Part shown: piece by piece, positions 10,672-21,988 of the stretch
Layout: the number at the start of each line of letters is the position of its first letter
How positions within the stretch are numbered: position 1 is the stretch's first letter
Origin: Thecamonas trahens ATCC 50062
Lineage: Eukaryota; Protista; Apusomonadida
Direction of reading: 5' to 3'
Length of the DNA stretch: 64,000 nt
Assembly: GCF_000142905.1 (NCBI RefSeq)
Contig: NW_013657647.1
Coordinates: 241,828 to 305,827 of the forward strand
Program-made: the position numbers and the translations under genes
The notes under the pieces: generated by a model
Told to the model about the DNA's origin: nothing
The model's input: only the letters and a program-made list of their open reading frames with translations
The model's database searches: none

Positions 10672-12389
10672 CTACTCTGACTGCTGCTGCTGCTGCTGCT
10701 GCTCAAGATCGAGCGGCTCGGGATGGGCTGCCTTTGATGCCTTGTTTGCGTTCTCCTCGGTGATGCGGATGTAGGCGTAGAGGAGCGAGCCACCGAGGAC
10801 GAGGGCGACACCCATGACAGCACCAGCGGTCATGTCGTTGCCCCAGAGGACAAAGGCGAGCATTGTCTGAGCGCACGCCTTGGCGGTACCGGACACGTTG
10901 TGGGTGAGCGGCGTGGTGGCCTTGATCTGCATAACGACGACAATGCCGATGGAGAAGCCGAGCACGCCCGAGAGCACCATCCCGAACCAGAAGGTGAGCG
11001 AGAAGAGGGTCTGCATGTGCTCGGCGAGGACGGCAAACTCACCCGAGAACCACATGCAAGGGATGAAGATGAGCGAAGCGTTGACGTTGTTGTAGAAGGC
11101 GAGGACCCACTTGTCCTCGCCGACGTGCGGGAGCACCTTCTTGGTGTAGATCGAGTTGAGGCAGACAAAGACCGATGAGATGACGCCGAAGACTGTGCCG
11201 ATGAGCGAAAAGTTGACCTCGCCCTCGGACCCGATGTAAAAGCCCATAATGACAAGCACCAGTGCCGACATCGTCTTGGGCGAGGTCTTGGACCCGAGGA
11301 GGAGATAGGAGAGAACCACGTTGAAGCAGATGGTCAGCGACCGCGCCACGTTGTAGAACGAGACCTCGACATACATCAGGCACATGTTGTTGAAAGTGAT
11401 CATTCCCACAAAGATAAGCGACAGTGGCAGGACCTGTCCACCATACCGTGTGCAATTCAGCAAATGAGAGGCCAGCCAAGCAGCGCACGACAGGCCAGCC
11501 ACCAGCACAAGCCAACCATCAGGCGATACGCCAGCCAACCATCAAGCGATACGCAAGCCAACCATCAGGCGATACGCAAGCCAACCATCAAGCGATACGC
11601 AAGCCAACCATCAAGCGATACGCAAGCCAACCATCAAGCGATACGCAAGCCAACCATCAAGCGATACGCAAGCCAACCATCAAGCGATACGCAAGCCAAC
11701 CATCAAGCGATACGCAAGCCAACCATCAAGCGATACGCAAGCCAACCATCAGGCGATACGCAAGCCAACCATCAGGCGATACGCAAGCCAACCATCAACG
11801 TGCGCGCGACAGGCAGAGTGCGATAAACGGGCGGCAGGAACAAACCAACGAGCCAGTCGATAGAAAAGACGGATACACCCCAAATCCACCATACACCATC
11901 ATGAGTACATACACCATCCGTGCATATAATTTTTCCAAGGACAACATGTGTTCTGCGCTGTATAGAGGTGGCTATATGCGCAGTAGGGGGGGGAGGTTGG
12001 CGGGCAACGGGGGGGATGGACGGCGGCATCCACGGCGAGGCGAGTGACACGTGTTGGGAGGGGGTATGGAGAAAGGGAGAGAAAGAGAGAGGGGGGAGGA
12101 AGGGGAAGAATGATGAATGAAATCTTACCTTTGTGGCGATTGAAGGGTTGTAGACTTGCTCAGGGAACTGACCAGGAGGAAGGAGGGAGGCTGGGCGTGA
12201 GAATCGGCCGCCAAGGTAACAGAGGACGGCGGTGAAGAGGCATTGGAACCAGGTGATGAAGAGAGGGGCAGGGATGGAGAGTCCCTTGGAGGTCATGACG
12301 ACCTTGTTGACAAACACAAGGGAGATCGAGACTACCCAATAAAGGGCAACTACCCATGCAACTCGCTTTTGAGACGCATTGAGCTCCAT
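10672..12389 (-). CDS. SLC35C1: GDP-fucose transporter (SLC35C1-like); exons 12389-12129 and 11433-10672
   Basis: VALYWVVSISLVFVNK, APLFITWFQC, ITFNNMCL.YVEVSFYNVARSLT, TPLTHNVSGTAKACAQT; phase-0 GTAAGA..CAG intron. Confidence 0.9.
11508..11797. repeat. Intronic 23-bp minisatellite, about 12 copies
   Basis: Unit gcaagccaaccatca(a/g)gcgatac. Confidence 0.95.
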
Positions 12390-12864
12390 AATCTCTCTCT
12401 GATCGATGGTGGTAGAGTCAAGTACCGCTCAGTCTCGGCACGGCTCAACTGTCGTTGCCTATCGCCCGTCCGCCCGTCCGCCCGTCCGCCCGCCCGCCCG
12501 CCCGCCCCGCCCGTCCGCTCCTCCGCTCGCCCCTCGGCCACAACATCGATGGCGACTTGCTCTCACATCACAATACCATCCATCTTTTCACATGATCACC
12601 TCCTCGATCAGATCGCCGGCTGTGTCGAGTCCAACACTCGATCCCCAACATGTCCATCCCAAACACCGTCATGAACTCGCTTGAGAGAAAGAGAGGGGAA
12701 AATCGAGTTTTGCTTGGCCGACGAGCTGGCCGGGGAGCCACACACACACCACAGCCACGACCACCACGGCCAACCACGACCACGGCCACAGCCTCAGCCA
12801 CCTCTCCCCACCCACATACACACACATACCCATATCCCTACACCCACACACCCATACACACACC

Positions 12865-13992
12865 ATGGTATGTCCCCTCCCTTCCCCCTCCCCCTTCCTC
12901 CCTCTGCTTACCTTACCGCCCTGGCCAGCTGCGGCCACCGCCACCTTTGATCACGATCGCGATCACGATCACCACCATGATCACCGCCACGATCACCACC
13001 ACCCTCTGCTCCCCCCCCCTCCCGCTTCCCGGCTACACATCACAAAACCACACAAAACCACACAAAACCACACAAATAATTCACAAGCTCCTCCCCCTCC
13101 GCAGTACAAACTGCATAAGCGTGTCGAGGCTGCGCATGACGACGCAGTGTGGAGTGCGTGCTGGACGGCCAAGGGCAAGATCGTGACCGGCTCTGTGGAC
13201 AACACGGTCAAGGTGTGGGATGCGGAGAACATGGTGGCGGAGCATGAGCTGACGGGCCATGACTTGGGCGTCATTGATGTGGCAGTCAATGGAGCTGGCG
13301 ACTTGGCGGCATCGACCTCGTTTGACTCGACCATCAAGATTTGGAACTTGGAGAACGGAACGTGCACGTCGACCATTGCAACAAGCGCCGCAGAGTCTTG
13401 GGCCATCGCTTTCTCTCCCTCGGCTCGCCATCTGGCTACCACGACCCATGCTGGCAACGTGGCCCTGTACTCAGTCGACTCGGGAAGCCTCGAGACGACC
13501 TTTGAGTCATCGGCCAAGAAGTTTGGCCTCTCCGTCGCCTACACCGAGGACGGCGAGACGCTGGCCATGTCGGCCATGGACGGCTCCATCACTGTCTTTG
13601 ACGTCGCCACCGGCGCCATCAAGGCCTCGTTCACCGCCCATGCCAAGCCGGTCCGCTCCCTCTCCTTCTCGCCCTCGGGCTTCCTCATGGCCGCCTCGGA
13701 CGACATGCACGTCTCGGCCCTCTCGGTCGACAACAACGAGGTCATCTACTCCATCGTTGCCCACTCGTCGTGGGTCCTCGACGTCACCGCCACCGCAGAT
13801 GGTGCACACTTTGCCACCTCCTCCTCCGACAAGGAGGTCAAGATCTGGGACGTCATGGGCAACCCCGCGCCTGTCCACGTCTTCCACGGCCACACCGACC
13901 AGGTCTGGTCCGTCGCCTACGACGTCACCGGCTCCAAGCTCGTCTCTGCCGGCGACGACGCCGCCATCCAGGTCTACGACTGCCCCACGTAA
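12865..13992 (+). CDS. WDR61: WD40 protein WDR61/SKI8; exons 12865-12867 (ATG only) and 13105-13992
   Basis: ATG|GTATGT...CCGCAG|TAC gives MYKLHKRVEAAHDDAVWSACW; seven WD repeats, including HSSWVLDV and HTDQVWSV. Confidence 0.88.
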   Translation: MVCPLPSPSPFLPLLTLPPWPAAATATFDHDRDHDHHHDHRHDHHHPLLPPPPASRLHITKPHKTTQNHTNNSQAPPPPQYKLHKRVEAAHDDAVWSACWTAKGKIVTGSVDNTVKVWDAENMVAEHELTGHDLGVIDVAVNGAGDLAASTSFDSTIKIWNLENGTCTSTIATSAAESWAIAFSPSARHLATTTHAGNVALYSVDSGSLETTFESSAKKFGLSVAYTEDGETLAMSAMDGSITVFDVATGAIKASFTAHAKPVRSLSFSPSGFLMAASDDMHVSALSVDNNEVIYSIVAHSSWVLDVTATADGAHFATSSSDKEVKIWDVMGNPAPVHVFHGHTDQVWSVAYDVTGSKLVSAGDDAAIQVYDCPT

Positions 13993-14024
13993 ATTTACCG
14001 CGCAGGCGCCTGTGCCTCGGCGAC

Positions 14025-15593
14025 TCACGCCTCGTGGCTCGCCTTGACCGTCCGCAGATACCAGCCCCGCAGCGAGTACTGCGACCAAGCGAGGAGCTGG
14101 AGGCTCCCAGCAAGCGCCGGCACAAGCACCACGAGCTTGCCGATCAGACTCTGCAGCTCGCCCGATGCCTCGCTGTACGTCGCCTGCCGCGCGTCCGCGT
14201 CGCCGTCGCTGGCAAAAAACGACGATGCCGCACTCCCGTCGGCAGCCGGCGACGCAAACGACGAGCTCGCAGAGAGAAAGTACCACCCGAGCGCCGGCGC
14301 CAACGACTGAGCCGGCTTGGTCACAAACGCGTTGGTGCCAAAGATAAGCGCCGAGAGCGGCGTCGCCCGCTTGGCCACCGCCGCCTCCTCATCAACCACG
14401 TCGGCGAGAGCCACGTTCATCAGCCGGCACGTGCCCTCGGTGACAAGCCGATTGAGGACGACAAAGCTTCCGAGGCACACCGCAGCCGTCGTCGTCCCGC
14501 CCAGAGCAGGTAGGGCCACCGCGAGCCATGCCGCCACGCCCAGACCGACTCGGGCCCGAAAGAGCGCGCGGATGACCAGATACGCACCGTGCCGGGCCAC
14601 TAGCGCGCCCGAGACAATGGTAAAGACGTGCGGAAGAACGTACGACGCCGTGACAAGCATCGCACGCGCGGATGCACTCACCACAGACCCGAGATAAAAG
14701 TCGAGGAAGAGCCGGAAGAACGTGTTGTTGAACGAGCACACCAGGATCTGCAGAAAGTTGACGGCGGTGAACCAGACAAAGTTGGGCAGGCACGCCAGCG
14801 CCGCCAGCACACGCATCAGCGACAGCGGCCGCTGCTGAGACTCGCCCTCCTTTTTCTCCATCATTAGCTTGTCCGACTCTGACTCGCGCTGCTTCCGTGC
14901 CCGCATCTCCCGCATCCGCCGCTCGTGTGGCTGCAGCAGCCAGGCTCCGCCGCCGATGGCCAACGTCGAGACGACGGCAAAGACCACAGCGAGCTTCTGA
15001 AAGGCGGCAAAGCGCGGCCCATCCGTTGGTGACCAGAGCAAGTAGGCGCCAAAGGCCGGGAGCGAGGCCAAGACTGATGCCAGCGCGTTGGCCGACACGG
15101 CCTTGCCGCGAACCGAGGGACGAGCAGCGAGCTCTGTCATGAGCGCGTTGTGCAAGAGGACAACCAGAGTAAAGACACCATCGTAGGCACAAAGAGCAAG
15201 GCCGTAGTGCACGCCGATCCAGTTCGGCGAGTCTGGCTCTGGCAAGAGCGCCAACAGAGGCGATGGGGCGAGGGCGAGTGACCAAGACTCTACGACGATG
15301 CACGGCCATTTGAACCAGAACAAGAGCCAAGCAAGAGACAGCAGTGGGGCTATGACCATTAAGCACGTTGATCGAAGACGATGCTTGAGAAGCCAGCCAT
15401 CGAGGAGCCAGCCAAAGGCCAGATCGTTGACCGAATTCCAGAGAGCAAAGACAGCCAGCGCCGAAGCAAATGGGCCAAAGGCCAATCGGTGGACGGCGAC
15501 AAAGGTATCGACGGCAAAGACGAGAAACGTGTTGTGCACGAGGACCATGCCAAAGCCCACAACGGCATACAGCTGAGCGACTCCAACAACCAT
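14025..15593 (-). CDS. MFSD13A: MFS transporter, MFSD13A/TMEM180-like
   Basis: About 11-12 TM segments; FALWNSVNDLAFGW and SALIFGTNAFVTKPAQSLAP motifs. Confidence 0.8.
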   Translation of the reverse strand: MVVGVAQLYAVVGFGMVLVHNTFLVFAVDTFVAVHRLAFGPFASALAVFALWNSVNDLAFGWLLDGWLLKHRLRSTCLMVIAPLLSLAWLLFWFKWPCIVVESWSLALAPSPLLALLPEPDSPNWIGVHYGLALCAYDGVFTLVVLLHNALMTELAARPSVRGKAVSANALASVLASLPAFGAYLLWSPTDGPRFAAFQKLAVVFAVVSTLAIGGGAWLLQPHERRMREMRARKQRESESDKLMMEKKEGESQQRPLSLMRVLAALACLPNFVWFTAVNFLQILVCSFNNTFFRLFLDFYLGSVVSASARAMLVTASYVLPHVFTIVSGALVARHGAYLVIRALFRARVGLGVAAWLAVALPALGGTTTAAVCLGSFVVLNRLVTEGTCRLMNVALADVVDEEAAVAKRATPLSALIFGTNAFVTKPAQSLAPALGWYFLSASSSFASPAADGSAASSFFASDGDADARQATYSEASGELQSLIGKLVVLVPALAGSLQLLAWSQYSLRGWYLRTVKASHEA

Positions 15594-15739
15594 CTAGAGT
15601 TACACCCCCACCCTCCCCGCGACTCCCTGCTCTCCTTCGAGTCGACCTTTGCCCTGTCGGCCGCAGTGAGTTGAGTGGGTGCTGCCCCCCCCCCAGGGTG
15701 GCTCGGACTGACCGCCCGCATGCCCGACCAGGCCACCTT

Positions 15740-16260
15740 ACCACCTGGCCGATCACCTGACCGATCACTCCACCCGACCACCTGGCTGACCACTCCACCC
15801 GATCACCTGACCGATCACCTGACCGACTACTCCACCCGATCACCTGGCCGACCACTCCACCCGATCACCTGACCGCCCACTCCACCCGATCACCTGACCG
15901 ACCACTCCACCCGATCACCTGGCCGACCACTCCACCCGATCACCTGACCGATCACCTGACCGACCACTCCACCCGATCACCTGACCGACCACCTGACCGA
16001 CCACTCCACCCGATCACCTGGCCGACCACCTGACCGACCACTCCACCCGATCACCTGGCCGACCACTCCACCCGATCACCTGGCCGACCACTCCACCCGA
16101 TCACCTGACCGACCACCTGACCGACCACTCCACCCGATCACCTGGCCGACCACCTGACCGACCACTCCACCCGATCACCTGGCCGACCACTCCACCCGAT
16201 CACCTGGCCGACCACTCCACCCGATCACCTGGCCGATCACCTGACCGACCACTCCACCAG
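15740..16260. repeat. Composite minisatellite (about 24/25-bp and 12-bp units) in a divergent intergenic region
   Basis: ccactccacccgatcacctg(g/a)ccga interleaved with (t/c)cacctgaccga. Confidence 0.95.
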
Positions 16261-16542
16261 ATACTTTACCCCCCTCGCCGCTCTCGTCAAGGCCGATCCC
16301 GTCAAGGCCGATCCCGCACAGCTCGCGCGGCTTGCTGCCCTCGGCATGGATCTCCCAAACTCGTCCGATGGCTCCAGCTAGACTCAACCAGTGGGTAGAG
16401 ACTCTGATCGTGGAGAAGCATGGCCCCGGCGAATCGGAATAATGCCCGCTTGGCGGCGAAACGCAGGAGCGCGTGACCTTGATGAATGCACAGAAGTTTG
16501 AAGGAGAACACCAGCAGCTTCTCTCTCACGACCTTTTCCGTC

Positions 16543-17760
16543 ATGAAGACCTTTATCTTCCTTGCTGTTCTCGCTCTCTGCGCCAGCGCTGTCCTTGCCA
16601 ACACCTGCGGCGGTAACTGCCCGTCCAACGACTGCACCAACTGTCTTTGCGGTACGCTAGCTGCTCTCCTTCATCCTCCACACCTCCTTCTTCCCTGCCT
16701 CCGCCTGCCCGCCTCAAAAGGCTAGTCACTAAGTCACACTCACTCACTCCCTCCTCCCCCCTCCCCATACACACGCTACTACCCACCACAGGAACCTCCT
16801 CCTCCTATGTCTCCATCTCCGAGTGGTGTGCCAAGTTCTCCGGCTGGGACCAGTCCCGTACGTTACCTTTTCCTCCTCCTCCCCCCTCCCTCCCTTGCCT
16901 GCTTGCCTGCCTGTCCTCGCTGCTGCACGCCCTCGCCGGGTTGCAACCGAACGACGTGGCACCGATGAATTTTTGGGTGTGCGCCCGCGTGCGTACTTGC
17001 GTGCGTGCGTTGAACGCCGTGAAGCTTTTATTTGTTGGCGCTCGTGTGGCAAAGCTGTCTCTCTGTGCTAGGCATGGTAGTGCATGGTGTACATGGCAGA
17101 GAGATGGAGCTGGCCGTGTGATACGGGGTGGGTGATGTTGCAGGGTGGATCTGTTAGGGTGGTTTTTTTTTCCATAAGTCGTTATGCGTGGAGAGGTTGC
17201 TTTGTGCGGTGTGTCGGGTATGGAGGCATGAACGGGACTGCTTGGGAAGCCGGTACCACAGATAGTGTGCCTAGAGTGGGCTAGGGTACTTGGTGGGTGA
17301 GGTGGGGGTAGGTGTGTGGAGGGAGGGGGGGGGAGGGAGGGAGATCGAGTTGGTAGAGGGTGACTTTTTTCCGGGACCCGCAAACACACCACTCACAATG
17401 AGCTACCACAACAGAGTGCCAGTGCATTGTTCATCACGAGTCGTCGGGCAACGCCCACGCGCAGAACGTAAGTCATGATGTGGGTGTGGTGGATGGTGCA
17501 TCTCTTTCTTTGTGCGAACGCCGTGACTCACGTGGCATGAGTAACCAATCCATGCATGGGCCGATGAACAACAGCACAACACCAACGGATCGAACGACAT
17601 TGGTGTCTGGCAGATCAACTCGGTCAACTGGGGCTCATGCTCCAAGGGCCGCCCGCCGTGCGACGCCAGCTCCAACCTCGCGTGCGCCATCCAGGTGTGG
17701 AAGTGGGGTGGCAAGTCGTTCCGTCTCTGGTCTACCTGCTCTGAGTGCGGCGCCTGCTAA
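16543..17760 (+). CDS. Secreted Cys-rich lysozyme-like protein, 137 aa; exons 16543-16651, 16792-16857, 17415-17467, 17575-17760
   Basis: Spliced product: signal peptide, TCGGNCPSNDCTNCLCG, CQCIVHHESSGNAHAQNHNTNGSNDIGVWQINSVNW, then NLACAIQVWKWGG..WSTC. All introns are GT-AG and phase-compatible. Confidence 0.88.
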
Positions 17761-18202
17761 TCACCCGGCCGCGTGTGACCAGCGACAGCAGATCGCCGAG
17801 CTCAAAGTGGCGCTTGCTCCGTCGAATACACACTGTTATTTTGTGCAAAAGACGAGGAGAGGGTCATTGTGCACCATTATCCCCAAGCCCCATACCATAC
17901 ATGCGCATCACGCGCTTCCCCGCTGTCCTTGAGCCCATCCTCGAGTCTGATCACGCTGCACAAGAGACTGTGGCAAGGCAGCCACACACACACACACACA
18001 CACACACACCACACTCTCAAGCATCACATCGATCGGATCGCAGGCCACCCCATACCAGGAATAGCGGGCCACCCCATACCAGGAATACCAAGCATGCAAT
18101 TATTTCACGTGGTGACAGCGTGAAAGACAAACGAAAAGCGGCTCGACATCGGCTTCAGCTAACCGCACTTGACTCTGGCCATACTATCAAGGAGAGGAGA
18201 AC

Positions 18203-19190
18203 ATGGCCAAGAATACCAAAGCTCAAAGGAGAGAGGACACGGATAGCTACGACTCTACCTCGTCAGTCTCGTCAGAAGCAGCGGCAACGACGAGAAAGAA
18301 TGCTCAACGCAAGACGGGAATGCTCAACGCAAGACGGGCAAGTCGGGGGAGGACAAGGGGGGCGATGGCGCGGGGACAGTCAAGACCAAGTCCGTCTCGA
18401 TGATGGTGATCAAGAGCAAGGGCAAGGGCAAGGCGGCCAAGGACTCGCCGTTCCAGCTCATCGCGGCCAACAGGGCAGAGAAGGATCGGACAGGGAAGAA
18501 GATGTCAGTGTGGCGAAGTCGAGCTTGAGCTCGAGCTCGGAATCATCAGCCAAGACGTCGTCTGGTGAATCTTCGTCGTCATCGGCGTTGGAACAGTCGA
18601 CGGGAAGCTCATACACGTTTGCCACAGCGGACGAGGTGTCCGAGACCGGCGCGTACTCGGCCATACTGCGCGAGATGGAAGGCGGTGGCAGAGCATCGTA
18701 CGTGAGCTCGAGTGATGCCGATGATCAGCAGGTCATCTACGAGCTCTGCCCGCCACTCCCGTTCACCACAAATTGGATCTCGGAGCGAATCCGCCCGTAT
18801 GATCCGCCCGTCGCACCTGGGTGGACCGACAAAGGATACCACTCGGACATTCGCTGCTGGGGCTGGCCGCTGTTTGGATGTGGCGTGAAGCCACGCGCGT
18901 GCTGCGCCATTGGCGTCATGCCCATCGCACTTGTCTTTGGCCTTGGCGCCATCACCTTCTCCTGGGGCATCGGCATCGGCCAAGTCTCCTTCGGCCTCTT
19001 CCTCGCCGCCGGCCAAGGCACCACCGCTCCCCTTGGCATCTGCTTTGGCCAGCTCGCTATCGGCTTCGTCGCCGCTCTCGGCCAGCTTGCCATGGGCATC
19101 TTTGCAGGTGGTATGGTCGCCATCGGCAGATACGACTTCCTAGAGCTGCTTACCAATGGCCGCGTCGTCGAGATTACACCTGGTGCATAA
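18203..19190 (+). CDS. Protein with charged/Ser-rich N-terminus and C-terminal Gly-rich hydrophobic (AIG/GQ-repeat) domain; 5' reading frame disrupted
   Basis: The C-terminal frame reads WGWPLFG..AIGVMP..GIGIGQVSFG..GQLAIG..LGQLAMG..VAIG. ATG 18203 is in another frame, with a 20-bp tandem duplication at 18298-18337. Confidence 0.55.
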
Positions 19191-19972
19191 TCGGAAATGA
19201 ACACTCGAGAAACTGTGATCACTAAATTGAGCTCAGAGCCCACGATCCGTCTCCCCCTCCCCCCCCACACCTAACCACACTAACGCATTGACTCATTGCA
19301 TGCCGTCGTTTGTTACACGTTACATGATAATCTGTAACCAATCATGAGTGTATGTGGGCGGTGTGGAAGGTTAAAGGAGGCAGAGACTGAGATTTGTCGC
19401 TTCAAAAAGAGTATCGCTTTCTTGATTTTAAACTGCAACCCTTGAACAGCCCCGGGCGGCACATCTAGGCATTGTCGGACATGAGCAACACAACATAGGC
19501 ATGTATCCAAGATGTGTGATGAGATTGGTGTCATTCACTGTCTATGTACGCTGTGTCTGAACTCTACCTCGATGGGGCTTTCACCCCACGAGCGCCTTTT
19601 TTTTCGACAGCCAACCCGTAGCCTAGCCCTTTGCTGTCTCCCTTCACCTTTGCACCATTACACGACGACAAGCACCACGTACCTCAATCTCCACTCTACC
19701 ACCAACACACTCACCAAACTTCAAGTATCCTCTTGTACTACTGGGTCAGAGATAGCGGTGTGCAGGCGGCGGTCGCCTCAGCGGATGGCAAGAAAATATT
19801 TCAATGACCAAAACCTTTCCGCAAAAAAAGGGCGCCACGCAGTCACGCCAGTCACGCACCGCAGCAGACGGAGAGACGGAGACGACGAGAGGGGGGAAGG
19901 ACCTGGCGGGCTAAGTGGCAACCACTGCACGCGTGTGGACCCCCCCTCCCCTCTCTCTTCCCCATCTCACCT

Positions 19973-21961
19973 ATGCATATGCCCATGCCTATGCCCATGC
20001 TCGGAGTGGCAGTCGTCTTGGCTGTGGTCGGCCTGGTGGTGGTGGTGGCCGGCGACAGGGCGACTTGCTCGCCGACAGGCTCCGCTGCTGCTCCTGTTAC
20101 ATCATCATCACCGTCACCGTCATTGTCACTGATATCGCCATTATCATCGTCATCATCAGCATCAGCATCAGCATCATCATCGTCGACCCCAACAACAACA
20201 ACAACAACAACACCATCATCATCATCATCATCGTCATCGTCGTCATCATCATCAGCATCATCAGCATCGTCCCCTTTGCATGCGTTGTTGCCGTCGTCGT
20301 CGTTGTCGTTGGATAATTGGCTCCGCGTCTCGGGCTCGGCTGGCAACCAGCCGGTGGCCAAGCTCGCGCCGCTCTCGCAGATCAAACCGCGGATCAAGTG
20401 GCTGCACGATGCACCGCTGCGGCCGATCCCGCCGCCGCCTCCTTTGCCTTTGTCGCCGCCGCCGCCGTCTTTGCCCGCGCCACCACCACCACCTACTACT
20501 TCGCCGCCACCTCCACTGCCTAAGCTTGCCGCTGTCTCGGACGTATCGGGTCGGCTGGGCGGCAAGGCGGACAAGGACTACTTTCTGGGCGCGGTGGTGA
20601 TGGACGTCAGGGCGGCAGAGATGGAGGCACTGGCCACGCTGGCGCTGGTGGTCCGGGTCACTCCACAGAGCCACAAGCACAAGGTACCGACGCATCCTGT
20701 CCTCGATGCGCTCGACGTCTCGCCGGCTGGCAATGGCACGTTACTGTGGTCGGTCAACATCACGTCGGCGCCGGTGACTTGGTCGGTCGAGGCCTCGACG
20801 CCGTCGCTCGTCCTTCCACCAGCCGGCAACTTTTCGGCCGTGCCGGCTATGGCCCTGGTCAAGACCATTAGCTTTGCCGACAACAACCAGCACAACGCGT
20901 CGGTGGCAATCTCTGGCTTTGACGCCGCCACGGGCGCCTCGCTGCTGACTGTCACCTTGCCGGGCGCCTCGGTCCTGGCCGGCGATGTGGTGGTCGACCA
21001 GGCACGCCGCATGGGCTACACTCTGAGCGTGGAAGGGATGCGAGCGAGTCTGGTTGTCATTGATCTCGACGCCGCCGTTGCTGGTGCCAGCGACGCGGTC
21101 TCGAGCCTGCGTCTCCCGCACGACGCGGCGGTGTGGAATGCTGTGGCTCTGTCAGCCGACGGCGCGACGGCAGTCGTCACCTCGGACGCCGGGTACGTCT
21201 ACGGCATCAAGCTTGGCGGCCCGCAGAGGATGACGCTGGTGTGGACGCACACGGCGGCCGGGACAGCCTTCTCGGTCCCGGGCGTGTCGGACGAACTGGT
21301 GTTTGTTGCGGGCGACGACGCGGTCCTTCGGGTGGCCAACGTGACCGACGGCGTGCTGGTCTTCAACGCCTCGGCAAGCGCGACGCTCTTTGACCATGCA
21401 GTGGCCCACTCGGGCGGCCTGCGGATGCTGTACTTTGGCGATGCCGAGGGCAACGTGATGGCACTGCATGCGGCTGGGGCACGGGCCGGGGCAGTCGCGT
21501 GGACCGCAAACCTCAACGCCGACGTCCTCGCGCTCTCCATCGCCGAGAGCGACTCTGTGGTGGTGGTGACCACCGCCGGCGAGCTGGCGGTCGGCCTCGA
21601 AGCAGACAGCGGACAGTTTTTGTGGCAGATCACGCTCGGCGCTGCGTCATCGGTCCCGCCCATCCCAGTCGCCGACGGCATGCTGTTTGTCACCGAGCAC
21701 ACGGTCGAGGCGTATAGTGTCGGCTTTGCGCCGCCCATCTTTGTCCGGCCGCACCACTCGCGCTCGCTCTCTGCCTGGATCATTGCAGTCATTGTGGTGT
21801 GGGCGGTTGTTGTCGTCGCCCTTACTCTCTCACTCTACGCCGTCTTCCGCCTCCGCGCCCGCCACAGGGCGTACGTGGCTGAGCGCTCGCGGCTCAACTC
21901 GGACCACCTTCCGCATCGCCGCCCGCTGACCGAGGCGAGGCCGCTGCTGGCCACGCCGTGA
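19973..21961 (+). CDS. Type I membrane protein with PQQ-like beta-propeller and Ser/Thr/Pro-rich N-terminus
   Basis: Signal peptide; repeats such as LYFGDAEGNVMAL..G.VAWT and GLEADSGQFLWQ; many N-x-S/T sites; C-terminal TM segment. Confidence 0.75.
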   Translation: MHMPMPMPMLGVAVVLAVVGLVVVVAGDRATCSPTGSAAAPVTSSSPSPSLSLISPLSSSSSASASASSSSTPTTTTTTTPSSSSSSSSSSSSSASSASSPLHALLPSSSLSLDNWLRVSGSAGNQPVAKLAPLSQIKPRIKWLHDAPLRPIPPPPPLPLSPPPPSLPAPPPPPTTSPPPPLPKLAAVSDVSGRLGGKADKDYFLGAVVMDVRAAEMEALATLALVVRVTPQSHKHKVPTHPVLDALDVSPAGNGTLLWSVNITSAPVTWSVEASTPSLVLPPAGNFSAVPAMALVKTISFADNNQHNASVAISGFDAATGASLLTVTLPGASVLAGDVVVDQARRMGYTLSVEGMRASLVVIDLDAAVAGASDAVSSLRLPHDAAVWNAVALSADGATAVVTSDAGYVYGIKLGGPQRMTLVWTHTAAGTAFSVPGVSDELVFVAGDDAVLRVANVTDGVLVFNASASATLFDHAVAHSGGLRMLYFGDAEGNVMALHAAGARAGAVAWTANLNADVLALSIAESDSVVVVTTAGELAVGLEADSGQFLWQITLGAASSVPPIPVADGMLFVTEHTVEAYSVGFAPPIFVRPHHSRSLSAWIIAVIVVWAVVVVALTLSLYAVFRLRARHRAYVAERSRLNSDHLPHRRPLTEARPLLATP

Positions 21962-21988
21962 GCAACAGGCGAGTGCCGGCGCGTGTGT

